Source: Eledone cirrhosa
Taxonomy: Eukaryota
Direction of reading: 5' to 3'
Assembly (NCBI GenBank): GCA_964016885.1
Contig: OZ024747.1
Span: 52,018,001-52,082,000 of the forward strand
Length of the DNA: 64,000 bases
Shown: one piece after another, positions 28,846 through 42,299 of the stretch
Numbering within the stretch: position 1 is the stretch's first letter
Layout of the letters: each line of letters starts with the position of its first letter
The notes under the pieces: generated by a model
Database searches by the model: none
The model's input: the letters and a program-made list of their open reading frames with translations, nothing else
Told to the model about the DNA's origin: nothing
Made by a program: the position numbers and the translations under genes

Positions 28846-29366
28846 CATTCAACTGTTCGAGATTATGCATGAATAATGAAGGAATCACAAAGAAATGAAC
28901 TGTTGAAATGTTTAGGGAAAGAATTGGAGAGAGATAGATAGAGGGAGTGAGAGGGACATAGAGAGAGAGAGGTGATAATTAAAAGGAGTTAATGAAAATA
29001 AGGAAAGAAACGAGGAAAAGATAAGACAGACAAAAAAGGGGGGTGAGGGAGATAGAGAAGGGGGAGAATATTCTGCGCCTATGTGTCAGTATGTGTGTGA
29101 GTGTATGTATGAGTGTGTATATACATATGTGTATATGCATGTGTGCGTGTGTGTGTTAGTGTGTATATGTGTGTGTGCTTATGTGTGTGTTTGTGTGTGT
29201 TTTTGTGTGCGTGCATTTGTGTTTGTGTGTGTCAGTGTGTTTGTGTTTGTGTGAGCGTGTGAGCGTGTGAGTGTATGTGTATGTGTGTGCTTGTGTATGT
29301 GTGAGTGTTTGTGTGCGCGTGTGTGTGTATGTGTGTGAGTCCGTGTTTGTGTATGCGTGTGTGTAT

Positions 29367-29426
<60 letters not shown>

Positions 29427-29752
29427 CGTGGTAAATCAATGAATATTCCCTTGTAAACAGGCTAAAACACGTCAGAGTCTGTTTTGTACTAAATGACATG
29501 AGCAGAGAAGCAGCGTTCAATGAAGAGAAATCTATAAGAGAATGGAGGGAACTATAGAACTAAAGATATTATACGCGAAAAAGAAAGACACCCCCCCCCC
29601 CCCCTCTCTCTCTCTCTCTCTCTGTCTTGTAGCAAAGATTACTAATAGGATGTTTATATATTTTCTATCTCTGCTTCATAATTGATGTTGCAGGCAACTT
29701 AATTACAACCGCGATATACGTACCAATCTCTCTACCCTCGCAAGTATATACG

Positions 29753-29811
<59 letters not shown>

Positions 29812-29912
29812 TTATATATATACATATACACATATATATATATAGGCATACACCCAATCTCACCCTTCCATTTCTCTCTTTCTTAGATATACACACACAA
29901 ACATGTACATAA

Positions 29913-30014
<102 letters not shown>

Positions 30015-30150
30015 GAGAGAAAGAAAGGCAAACAAAATATAGGCAAATAAAATATATTACTTAAAGAACATTCACCCATCACATGTATGTATGCATGTAT
30101 GTATACATATATATATTTATATATATTTATATATATATATACACACACAC

Positions 30151-30186
<36 letters not shown>

Positions 30187-30308
30187 GCATGTATGCTTGT
30201 ATGTATGCATATACGCATGTATGTACGTATGTATGCATATACGTATATATGTATGTATGTATGCATATATGAATATATGTGTGTAGTATGTATGCATGTA
30301 TATATATG

Positions 30309-30385
<77 letters not shown>

Positions 30386-30539
30386 ATGTATGTATGTATG
30401 TATGTATGTGTGTGAATAGTACCATTTGTTTACACAATTGTAGAAGATTCAAATCTCATGTATGGCCCAGTTGGGAATCGAAATGAACTTAGTTATAATA
30501 CATAGGCATACGCAAACGTACGCACACACACACACACAC

Positions 30540-30583
30540 ACACTCACACTCGGAATAGACAAATAGATGGATAGATAGCTCGC

Positions 30584-30614
<31 letters not shown>

Positions 30615-30935
30615 CATGTGTCAGTGTGTGTGTGCATGTCAGTATCTGGGTACGTATACTCAAAAATATACGGAAAAACACGACAGACGATGTAGTACAA
30701 TGAAGATATGTAATATTAGTTTCACGCTTCATATAGTAAGAAAATATTTACGTTTCGGACGCTAGCCATTCATCAAATATAGAATGAGGAAATAAAGAAG
30801 GAGTAGAAAGATAAAGAAGAGTGAGAAGGGGTAGAAACCAAAATAAATTTCTTTGAGAAAAAACATGTCTCTTCATTTCACCATATCTTGTTCCAATAGC
30901 TTTGTTGGTATTTGAATGAAAGAAGAATGTGGATA
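30540..30935 (-). mobile_element. Family B hammerhead-bearing repeat (inverted duplicate of 34535-34925)
   Basis: Near-identical reverse complement. Degenerate hammerhead at 30744-30780 (TTGATGA core). Confidence 0.75.
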
Positions 30936-30941
30936 TTAAGT

Positions 30942-31162
30942 GCGGTGGCTTGGCAGAATCGGTAGAGCGTCGGGCACCATGATTTTCAACATAGAGTTGC
31001 GCTTTTTTACGTTCTGAATACAAATCCCGGTTAGGTTAGCTTTGCCTTTCAAACTTACGGGGTCGATAAAATAAAGTACCAGTGATGCACTCGGGTCGAT
31101 TTAAGCGACTTCCCCCTCCCCTAAAATTATTGGCCTTGTGCCTAAATCAGAAACCATTATTT
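30942..31162 (+). mobile_element. tRNA-derived SINE, family 1 (long variant)
   Basis: Consensus match. Confidence 0.85.
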
Positions 31163-31311
31163 ATTGCATGTAAGAAGAAAGTATTCGTGTTCTCGAACCA
31201 TATTACTACAATATGAACTGACAGAAAATAAAGTCCTCATTGTTGAGATTAAAGTACGTAAGGAAGACATTTTGGAGTAAGTGCTTAAAATATGAAGAAT
31301 TTATGAAAGAA

Positions 31312-31739
31312 TAATGGTTTCTTATATAGACATAAAGCCAACAATTTTCGGGGTGAGGGGAAAGTCGATTAAATCGACCCCAGTGTGTGATTGGTACTTT
31401 ATTTTATCGACCCCCGTAAGGATGAAAAGGCAAAGTTAATCTCTGCAGGATTTGAACTCAGATCATAAAGAGCTGTAACTCTATGCTGCAAAGCATGGCT
31501 TCTGTCCAACTACCGATACTACCCATTGACTGCCCTTTTTATATCAAATAATAATTGTTTCTACTTCTGGCACAAGACTAGCGAATACCCAGTGAATTAC
31601 TGGTACTTTATATTATCGACCCCGTAAGGATGAAAGGCAAAGTTAACCTCGGCAGGATTTTGAACTCAGACCATAAAGGGCCGTAACTCTTTGCTGCAAA
31701 GTATGGCGTCCGACCCTCTACTGATACTGCCAATCCACC
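31312..31739 (-). mobile_element. Two tandem family 1 SINE copies
   Basis: 31312-31525 and 31551-31739 match the consensus. Confidence 0.85.
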
Positions 31740-32259
31740 TAATGTCGTGAAGATAGCTGAACAAGCAGGATCTACCCAGCTAGCATCAATGCTGTTTAGC
31801 ACCGCTAGTGTTGTTAACGTTACAACCAGAAGGTACCGACATCGTTGAGATCTCCAGCCGAATGCTGATGAAGGGATATCCCGCCCTAGAAACTGTATAT
31901 AGACTATATTATATAGAGCACATAGTTGTTGTATATAGAATATACTATAATGTGTACATATATAGATACTGTATATCTCCTTATAATATATAACCAGCAA
32001 TTTCTCTGTCTGTCTGTCTGTCCGACAGTGGAAACACGTGCGCGCGTGGTTGCTATCTCTCTCTCTCCAGCTATCCCTCTCTTTTAGTCTGTCTGTTTCT
32101 CGCACTCTCACTCTTTCTCTTTGTAACACACTAACATTCCTCCCCTCTATCGCTGTGACGAATGGGGAGATGGAGGAGGAGGAGGAGAGAGTCACTTCGT
32201 CACTTCACCTCTGCCTTTCTTTCTCTCCCCTCTCACTCCCTCATTACGTACAGACATTA

Positions 32260-32451
32260 GGGCGGTCGATTGGCAGAATCTGTAGAGAGTCGGACACCAT
32301 GCTTCATAGCATGGAGTTACGTCCCTTTACGTTCTGAGTTCAAATACCGCCGAGGTTAACTTTGCCTTTCATCCTCACGGGGTCGATAAAATAAAGTACC
32401 AGTAATGTACTGGGTAATTGCTGGCCTTGTGCCAAAAGTAGAAACAGTTAT
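32260..32451 (+). mobile_element. tRNA-derived SINE, family 1
   Basis: Consensus match. Confidence 0.85.
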
Positions 32452-32569
32452 TAGAAACATTGCTTAATTTTTACATATCTAAGCATTAGTAAAATAACTA
32501 ATAATTTCAAAAGTAATTTTTCAATTCCAATTGTTATGAACAGCAAAACATTAATAATAATTTTGTTCT

Positions 32570-32768
32570 AAGAAATATATATACATTTCTGTGTGTGTAA
32601 TATATATATATATACACACACAGAAATATATATACATTTCTGTGTGTGTAATATATATATATACACACAGAAATATATATACAATTCTGTGTGTGTAATA
32701 TATATATATATACACACACAGAAATATATATATATACACACAGAAATATATATACATTTCTGTGTGTG

Positions 32769-32828
<60 letters not shown>

Positions 32829-32865
32829 ATATATATACTTTTCTGTGTGTGTATTTCTGTGTGTG
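32570..32865. repeat. Minisatellite of self-complementary units CACACAGAAAT-(AT)n-ACATTTCTGTGTG
   Basis: About 5 variable units read directly. Confidence 0.85.
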
Positions 32866-33628
32866 GGCATTTCTCTGTTTGTCTGTCTGTCCTTCCCTTA
32901 AACTCAAATGTAGGTGCTACAGAAATATTACCTTCCCCTTCCTTTCTCCACTTTGGTACTACCAAGAGAAACACTGTCGCTATAGAAACATTACCTTCCC
33001 CTCTCCACTGACTTTGGTCACTGAGGCCGAGGGAATCGCTGGTTGCTATAGAGACACCTTGCACAAGCCAGAAGTAACCAGTTCGAGGCGGTTCTGAATT
33101 GACACCATGCCAAGTCTACTTATAATATATAATGGGCATTTCTCTGTTTGTTTGTCTGTCTGTCCATCTGTAAAAAATGCCAAGGAAACAAATAGACGCG
33201 GTTTCAAATCTCTATGCTTTTCAAATTCATTACATTAATCTTTATTTATACGTTTCGCTTTTCGAGTGTTTCGACTTACGAGTGTTTCGGCTTACGAGTG
33301 TTTCGGCTTATCATTATATATAAACGTTTCTATTTCCATCGTTTTATCGTAAACGTTTATATATTTCCATCGTTATAACATAACGTTTATGTATCATAAC
33401 GTTTATATTTCCGTCACTAATCTCTTTTTCTCCTTTTTCGTTTTAACATATATTTATTTCAAAGATTTCACCGTATAGATAACATATATATTTATACATG
33501 CATAAAAGACACACCGAGAGACGGTGAACATGTGGTGCCGAAAACATTTCTCATCCAAATCTCAACAATATCAGTATATACACTAGATTTGCTAGCAGAA
33601 AACCGCCCACCGGGTAGTTTTCTGCTAG

Positions 33629-34262
33629 TCTATATATATAAAACCGACTGATGTCTGTCTGTGTGTGTGTGTCTGTGAGTTTGAATCCCTAAAACTCGAG
33701 AAGTATCCAACCGATTTTTTTTCAAACTTTACATGTGTATTACTTATGTTTCAGGGAGTGTTATGCACATAAAATTCCACTTTTTTATCCCCTAGCATTA
33801 GGTGAAAAACTGTGTTTTTTTTTCAGTTTTTAGGGTTTTTTTTAGGCGTTACGTCAGACCGATTTTCTTGAAATTGTAACTATGTATTAGTCAGTCTCTT
33901 CTTCATACAGTGAGCAAAGAAAATTCAACTTTTTTATGGCCTAGGTCCATAAAAAAACTTCATTTTTTCAGCTTTTTAGGGCTTTTTTGAGGCGTTACGT
34001 CTAGCCGATTTTCTCGAAATTTCAAGGCATATTATGCACATAAAAAAAAATTCATTTTCTTCATCCCCTAGGGCCGCATTAGGTGAAAACCTGCATTTTT
34101 CCTGGTTCATCGAGGAAAATCTTAAAGATTATCCAGCTATCAGAGTATTCGGTTTATTTTCTTTATATATTGTCCAGGCATGCAGTTTTTCCACGATTAG
34201 GTCTGTTGGCGGTCCACGTTCCAAAATACCTTATCCCGTACAACGCCGGGTATCACTGCTAG
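33629..34262 (+). mobile_element. Non-autonomous Helitron
   Basis: 5' TCTATATATATAAAA..GTCTGTCTG; 3' hairpin CCCG..CGGG then CTAG|T. Second copy at 47634-48269 (-). Confidence 0.85.
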
Positions 34263-34689
34263 TAATCTATATTATATAGTGTACATTGTTACTGTATATA
34301 GAATATATTATATAGTGTACATATATATTTGATGTACGACGGCTGGTGATATTAATTCCTTTCTTAAAATCCTATTTAACTTGAACTTCCAGCACTGTAA
34401 GTACGTTCTTTCGTTTTAGGTAGACATTGTAGCTGAACTTGGCCATTCAATGTTAAGTGTCATGGCCATAAAAAAAAACTTTGCCTTTCATCCTTACGGG
34501 GTCGGTAAAATAAAGTACCAATAATGCACTGGGTAATCCACATTCTTCTTTCATTCAAATATCAACAAAGCTATTGGAACAAGATATGGTGAAATGAAGA
34601 GACATGTTTTTTCTCAAAGAAATTTATTTTGGTTTCTACCCCTTCTCACTCTTCTTTATCTTTCTACTCCTTCTTTATTTCCTCATTCT

Positions 34690-34726
34690 ATATCTGATGA
34701 ATGGCTAGCGTCCGAAACGTAAATAT
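34690..34726 (+). ncRNA. Minimal hammerhead motif (family B), partly degenerate
   Basis: ATAT-CTGATGA-ATGGCTAGCGTCC-GAAA-CG-TA-AATAT. Confidence 0.55.
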
Positions 34727-34927
34727 TTTCTTACTATATGAAGCGTGAAACTAATATTACATATCTTCATTGTACTACATCGTCTGTCGTGTTTTTCCGT
34801 ATATTTTTGAGTATACGCACCCAGATACTGACATGCACACACACACTGACACATGCACGCACGCACACGCACACACACACACACACACACGCGCTATCTA
34901 TCCATCTATTTATCCATTCTGTGTGTG

Positions 34928-35006
<79 letters not shown>

Positions 35007-35302
35007 ATGATTAGTGTTGAAAATATAAATATACTGTTTGTACACTATATGGGCATGGTATGTAAATGTATGTGTATTTCTGGCAGTAATATAGTGTCAT
35101 AAATAGCTACAGTTCCTTCCCGTGTACCCACACAGAGGCTTGCATCTTATATGTTGTGGGAACCCTATTGTTTCGTTACCACTTGGTCCCTATTGTACCA
35201 TATTGCCCCAGATCAGGAATCGATTAAATTGACTTCACCGCTTAACTTGACTGTCTTTTGCATCGATCCCGGAAAAGTGTCGGGCAAAAGTGACATCAGC
35301 AG

Positions 35303-35360
<58 letters not shown>

Positions 35361-35944
35361 CATGCGTGTGGGAGAAAGAAGGTGAAGAGTTAGAAGGAAA
35401 GAAAGAAAGAAGATGACTAAATGTAGCAGGTGTGTGATCCATTAGCCATTGATCATCAACAATAAAAATAATCAATATAAAATTTCTCTAATATCGATTA
35501 TTTACACCTCTTAATTTTGTTTATTTTGTTGTTGTTTTTATTCTTTCACTTTGTTGTTGTTTACCCCATGGTCGGAATTGATCATGAGTATTCTAGCTGT
35601 GATCTTCACTTCATTTTTCTGTGTGCAATACACTAGTCTAGTCCTTTTTAAAACGCTAAGGTGCAATTAAACGTAGATTTTGCTGCTATTTCTTGCACGT
35701 TGAGTGACCGCGAAGAAAGTTTCACGTTGTCTTATCTTTTAAGATGTAAAATCATTATAAAAGTCATTGTTGTTGTTGTTAGTAGTTTTTTTTTCATTTT
35801 TTTTTAACGTTGTGTTTATTTTATTTTTCCAAATATAATTCATTAGTAGAGTAAAGCAATAAAGAATGACACGATGCTGAATGAAAACAAAAGCAATATA
35901 TACAAACACACACACACCGACCACAACTAAATATGGAATGATAC

Positions 35945-36403
35945 GCGATAGGGCTCCGCCACAGCTCCGGTGGTCAGAATAGAGAAGGCGTTTCCCCGGA
36001 GGACAGCAAGGGAGACGCGTTGGAAAAGCCACTCCAACTCGCGGGGCTCACACCTGCGGCTGGCCAGCTCAGCGCCTATGGTGGTGAGTAGGGAGGTAGC
36101 CCTGGGGCCAAGGACACCAGAAGTCTCCACTGCCAGGGGTACAACCCCAAACCTGTCGGAGAGCGACCGGTATTTAAGGAGTTTAGCCTCCTCAGCGCGA
36201 CGTGCAGCAGAACCTGGGTTAATCGCAGACTGCACCAGGTTGCGGCTGCAGAAAGTGTCGGTGCAGGTGGCATCCCAGATGAGATGTTTACCACCGCGGA
36301 ACGGGAAGACGGTCATGCCATCTGGCCTTTTGCCGTCTCCTCGGTCCAGCCCCATCGGCTCGAGCTGGGAAGAGAAGCCTGCAGCGTCCAAGCCATGCTT
36401 TAT
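35945..36403 (-). mobile_element. CRE-like non-LTR retrotransposon 3' fragment, open restriction-like endonuclease frame
   Basis: ORF 35927..36391: LEPMGLDRGDGKRPDGMT..LIWDATCTDT..AEEAKLLKY..VPLAVETSG.LG..WLFQRVSLAVLRGNA, the PD-(D/E)xK-type REL motifs of the CRE clade. 5' truncated, no RT. Confidence 0.9.
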
Positions 36404-36599
36404 GACCCGGTGTTATTTTGCTGCGACTGTCGTTGTTGCTTTTCTACTTTGTTATTGTGTTTGTTACTGTTTATTTTATAGGTCCTGTTGATAGAGTAGT
36501 GTCCAGGGTCGCCTTCACAGTCCTCCAGACAGCGGAAAGATTTATATTGTTGATGTAATGTCACTCCAGGTAGAGAATTGAGAGACCACCGCTCCGATA

Positions 36600-36972
36600 T
36601 TACAGTCATGTGGTTAGAATGTCACAGAAAAGAACCACTGGACAAAATCAACCGGCAGGAAACCCAAGAGTAAATTCCGGGGAAGATCTTTGGATAACAT
36701 CCATGAGCTTGGCTGAGCTCGCTTTGGGGGACCAGCCGGATCACTTGGAATATGGTTACTTCTGAGAGGACCCGATGAAATAAGTGGGTGTAGAAGAAGA
36801 AGAAGAAGAAGAAGAAGAAGAAGAAGAAGAAGAAGAAGGGGAGGAGGAGGAGGAGGAGGAGGAGGAGAAGAAGAAGAAGAAGAAGAAGAAGAAGAAGAAG
36901 AAGAAGAAGAAGAAGAAGAAGAAGAAGAAGAAGAAGAAGAAGAAGAAGAAGAAGAAGAAGAAGAAGAAGAAA
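36600..36972 (+). mobile_element. Degenerate RTE-like 3' end with (GAA)n tail
   Basis: CATGAGCTTGGCTGAGCTCGCTTTGGGGACCAGCCGGATCA resembles 7020-7060, followed by (GAA)n. Confidence 0.55.
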
Positions 36973-37283
36973 TAATGTTCTAACTGTTGTAAATCAACTC
37001 TTTTTGGAAGGAGTCATGAGCCGATGGTGAGTTACAAATAGCTCAGTCTCTGATCTTGTATGACTGGCAGAGGATCTTAAAGGAGATAATTCGGAGTAGT
37101 CGGTAATGTCTGTGTGGAGGTGAGCTGAGACAACACGGCCTTTAGAAAGAGAGACCATTGCAGTAACGGTAGTAAATTCACGATTGAGGGCCAGAGACTG
37201 GAGAATGTTTGTGAGTGACATTCTTTATCTCAACCGACGAGAGGCTTTTCTCTGGAAGCACTCTAGTATGTTGTTGGTATTGC

Positions 37284-37317
<34 letters not shown>

Positions 37318-37963
37318 GCTGCTGCTGCTACTACTGTTGTTGCTATTTCTGTTGCTGTTGTTTTCTTGTTGTTTTCGCTATTGATGTTGATGTTGTTGCT
37401 GTTATTTTGTAGTTGTTGTCGTTGTTGATGTTGTTGTTGTGATTGGTGTTAAATCGTCAACGTCATTTTCATTGATGTAAATTGCCGTTATAAAATTGTT
37501 GCTGCTATTGTGCTTATCCGCATAGTTCACACTTGTTATTGTCATCGCCGTTGTATTCATCATGATTATCATTGTTGTTAATGTTGTTGTTGTTGTTGTC
37601 GTCTTTTATCTTTTATCCACACTCTAGCGATTCTCTCGGACAATTTCCGAGGTAATGGGCTGACCAAACTGTCAAAGCAAGACATTACATTGTCAACCAG
37701 TAGGTGATTTTTCTGATACGGTTCTTCCTTTCCCCTCCTCTCTCACACACCCTCTCTCTCACACCCTTTCTCTCTCCCTTAAACAAATTATCTCTCTCTC
37801 TCTCTCTCTCTCAATTGCTCCAGTCAATATCAACATCTGTTTTTAACATCTCCCATACTCACATTCAGAGGTTTCGTGGCGCCGAAAGTCAATTATTCTG
37901 CTCCTAACATTCCACTGGGAGATTTATGAAAATTATACAAGAAATTAACATCCTTCACTTACT

Positions 37964-38066
<103 letters not shown>

Positions 38067-38331
38067 GGAGAGAGAGAGAGAGAGAGAGCAAGAAAATGTG
38101 ACAGAGAGCGAAAGAGAAGGAGAGAGACAAAATTTTGATGGACTAATGATAAGAAGAACGGTGTGGGAGGAGGAATTGTAGACGAAATATAGGTCTTTAA
38201 GGTGTACTTCCGGTTTATTTGTGATTCTTCACATTATATATTCTACATTATAGAGTAATTTTACGGTAATATTTAACATATAGTTTATCTTGTTTATCTT
38301 GCAATTGGTATTGTTGAGTCTCTTAGCTTCT

Positions 38332-38645
38332 ATAATTGTTTCTACTTTAGGCACAAGGCCAGCAATTCACCAGTGCATTACTGGTACTTTATTTTATCGA
38401 CCCCGTAAGGATGAAAGGCTTCTATAATGTTAATCATACATATGTTCTGGGAAAGCTGATTGGCAGATCAGTAGAGCGTCGGGTACCATGTCAGATGCCA
38501 AAGAGTTACAAACCCTTGCGTCCTGACTTCGAATCCGCCGAGGTTAGCTTTGCCTCTCATCCTTACGGAGTCGATAAAATAAAGTACCAGTAACGTACTG
38601 GAGTCGAGTTAATCGACTTTTCCCCACCTCCAAAATTGTTGGCCT
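38332..38645. mobile_element. Family 1 SINE fragments (38332-38420 minus; 38455-38645 plus)
   Basis: Consensus matches. Confidence 0.8.
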
Positions 38646-39334
38646 TAAATACTATAGTTGAATATATTAGTATTTCATTTGATATATATACACTGTATAC
38701 TATAGTTGGGTATATTGGTATTTCATTTGATATATACAATATACACTATAGTTGAATATATACATAATGTATACTATTTCTACCCATTTTTTTATTCCTC
38801 CTTTGACTAAAGTTCATCCATAATTCAGGCAAGCTCACCTCGATCTGAATCTAGAGCAGTGGGAGAAATTGTTAGGTTACTTGCAATGTTAAGTTTAAAT
38901 AATTACAAACTAGATTGGATTTAGACCTTGGTGGGCACTTCAGGTTCGGTGGGGGCGGGGAGGCCTTCGTACACAAAAAATTAGAATACACAGCAAATCC
39001 CAAATTTTACATATCAATGATATCTTGGCGCACGTAATTGGAATTGAAAAGTTATAAATACATAAATTCAAAAATGTTAATAATCCTAAAACTAAAAAGC
39101 CCAACTGAAGGTAGAATTAAATTGCTACGCCGTCGCTAGTGTGCCCCCCCCCCCCCCCACACACACACACACCACCACCACTGCAGGGGGCCCGGGGCAA
39201 TTGCCCTCTTTGCCCCCATCCTTATTAAAGGCCCTGATTACAAGGGTAATATCTTAAATTGGCTAATGTGTCTAGCCACAGCGTTAAGCGTATCTGAAGT
39301 ATTTATCAGCGTTAAAACGAAGACACGCTCTAAT

Positions 39335-40838
39335 ACACAGCGATTACAGACAGAACGATTTTAGAACATCGAAAAGATCCGTCACTATTGATGATTAAAA
39401 CATACAATATGTTTCAGAAGTAAATATTAAGCTTTCCTATCCCTACTTTTATGTTTCCATTTGAAGGTGTTGTTTTTCTTAGCTTTATTGTAAACAAACT
39501 TTACGTGAGAAATTACTATATATAGTTACATAGCTGAACTGAGAATGAAGATAATGTTTCATTGATCGTGGAAATTTAGAGTGTCAGCAATTGTTAGTAA
39601 ATGATTAAAATTCTATTTCAGATTTTATTGAAAAGCCTTTTTCTTAACGCCTGATCAAGTAGACCCGTTTACAATAATGCTATACCTTATTGTTCCAACA
39701 AGAGGGACCCATCGTCGGTTTCAACGATGAATATTCAACAATTCAATCAACTGAATTCGACTATTTAATGAAGTTCACGTGCTCAAGTATTCCACAAACG
39801 ATAAGATTGGACCATTGTATTGCAGGTACAGTTCATGAGCCTAGTTTTCAGAAAATTTCCGCCAAGCTAATTTCATCCCCCAAAACTTGGGGCCGACCCA
39901 GGATAATGGTAAAATGAAAATTTAAAAAAAGAATTACTTTTTACGATGCCACTTAGCGAGTTTGAACCTAGATCCATCAGTTTTCAAAGCGAAATTTTTA
40001 ACTATTCACCCTATAGCTACGTCCATTGCTTTTGGAATAATGTATCTAAGATTACATTCCTTGAAATATATTTTTTTAAACGGTAGGATGAGATTTAGTG
40101 GAGAGTTTGATAATCATTTACCATTTATCCTCTCTCTGTGATCGGTAGTAACATAGTGGAGATGGAATATTAGAGGAGTCGTTGCAACGCCAAAGAAAAT
40201 GTTTTGCGGTTTTCTTTCTGGCTCAGTGTGCTTTAAGTCCAAATCACACCGAGGTCAAATTTGCCTTTCATCCTTTTAGGCTTTCAAGTCGATAAAATTA
40301 AATTTGCAGCCCCCCCCCCCTCATTCTTCTTCTTCTTCTTCTTCTTCTTCTTCTTCGGCTGTAAGAAATCAGCTGTAATCAAACTTGGAATGGAAAGACT
40401 GGACGCCTCCAGTCTAGAAACGCTGAATGTCTTTGTCTCCACGGCTCCATCAGTATTTTAGAGGATCAGTGTTAATTAATCAGTTTGTGTGTGTAGGGGA
40501 TGTCTAAATATTAGAAGGAATAAGTAATGTCCACTTAAAAATCATCTAGTCTCCGTTTCTGACCAGCCAGTTAAATCTCTAGATAAGACTTGTTACCTCA
40601 CCACTGTCTTTAGAACAATGAAGATTTTCAACTATTTCACCCAGCCTTCGTGTATTCCACTCTTACATGTGTAGCAATGTGTGTGTATGGTTTTGTTTAT
40701 ATCAGTGAACATATGTGTGTGTATATATGTGTACCTATATGTATGTATTTGTGTACTTCAGAAACATTGTATTTTTTAATCATCAACACTGACGATCTTT
40801 TCGATGTTCTAAAATCGTTCTGTCTGTAATCACTGTGT
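39335..40838. mobile_element. Putative non-autonomous TIR DNA transposon (~85-bp TIRs, TA flanks)
   Basis: TA|CACAGCGATTACAGACAGAACGATTTTAGAACATCGAAAAGATC.. and its reverse complement ending ..TGTAATCACTGTG|TA. Confidence 0.55.
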
Positions 40839-41151
40839 ATATACACGCATATATATACGTATAAATGTGTGTATACGTGTGTGTCTATGTGTGCATATGC
40901 GTATAAACATTTAGATATATGTGTGTATGTGTATGCCTGTGTAAATGCAAGTATGTGTTTGAGAATATCATGTCGACACGTGATATAGTTAGTTGTTGAT
41001 AATGTTGGTTGATGGGAGTGATAATTGGTGATAGTGTTGGTTGTTAATAATGGTGATAGTGATAGTGGTTGATAGTGATGGTACTGGATTGTGTAGATTG
41101 TTGATAATGATGGTGGTTGATAGTGTTGGTAGGTGATAGTGCTGATTGTTG

Positions 41152-41340
41152 ATAATTGTTTCTACTTTAGGCACAAGGCCAGCAATTACCCAGTGCATTA
41201 CTGGTACTTTATTTTATCGACCCCGTAAGGATGAAAGGCAAAGTCAACCTCGGCGGGATTTGAACTCAGATCGTAAAGGGACGTAACTATGCTGGAAAGC
41301 ATGGCGTCCAACCCTCTACCGATACTGCCAATCCACCGCC
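41152..41340 (-). mobile_element. Full-length family 1 SINE
   Basis: Complete from GGCGGTGGATTGGCAGTATCGG to the tail. Confidence 0.92.
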
Positions 41341-42061
41341 TGATGGTGGTTGATAGTGTTAGTAGGTGATAGGCTGATTGTTGATAATATTTTATATGTG
41401 ATAATGTTGGTTGTTGATAATGTTGATTATTGATAGTGTATATTGGTGATAATATAGATTGGTGACAGTGTTGATGGGTTTATGATAATTAGAGTGAGTA
41501 TAAAGTAAATTTTTTACATATCTGCCAGTTTAGTTGAGAACCAAAAGCATTCACTTCCTTCTTTTTTCCATTTTTCTACCAGGTTTTATCGTAGCAAATT
41601 CTCCGGTCGTCAACCGAGTGACTAGTTCAAATAAAAGATGGCGGTATATCAGATATATCTTCGCAGTTTTAATCAAATATATTCCCATGCCAGATTTAAC
41701 TCTTTACGCAATATTTCAATATAGAATTGTTTCCTTGGGTGACACACTCGGTCCATAATAATCAATATAAAGCCTGTTTCCAGATCGATACATTCTGTTC
41801 TTTGACAGATTATCGTCACAGCTTAAACACAGCTTAAACACGTTTACTCTCTCTCTCTCTCTCTCTCTCCCTTCCTCGCCCTCTCTAGTACAGTGTCAAC
41901 AGGGCTGTGAATGAATTCATGATATCTGCAGAATTCTTATAATCAGCTTTGTTGCAAGCATGCAGTGGCCTGGTTTATAACATATATACATATACATGTA
42001 TATATCGTATACATACATACACACACGTACACATATATGGGCATTTATATGTGTGTGTGTG

Positions 42062-42106
<45 letters not shown>

Positions 42107-42262
42107 CGTTTTGGAAGCCTCTACAATGCAAATGGATAAATCTCCGAATAATAAAATTAGGTGGCAGTAGGAAGAGAGACAGTGGAAGGGGGATAAAGTA
42201 GAAAGGAAATGTAAAATGAAATGAAAACCAGATATGATGTTACATTGGAATAGATTTATTGC

Positions 42263-42299
42263 CCCCTATATTTCGGAATTCAAATCCATCGTCAGGGGA
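42263..42299 (-). ncRNA. Minimal hammerhead ribozyme (family B-like)
   Basis: Minus: TCCC-CTGACGA-T-GGA-TTTGAAT-TCC-GAAA-TA-TA-GGGG. Confidence 0.6.

Noticed and set aside
39180-39236. hAT-like terminus (..GGCCCTG)
   Set aside because: No matching second end or 8-bp TSD identified.
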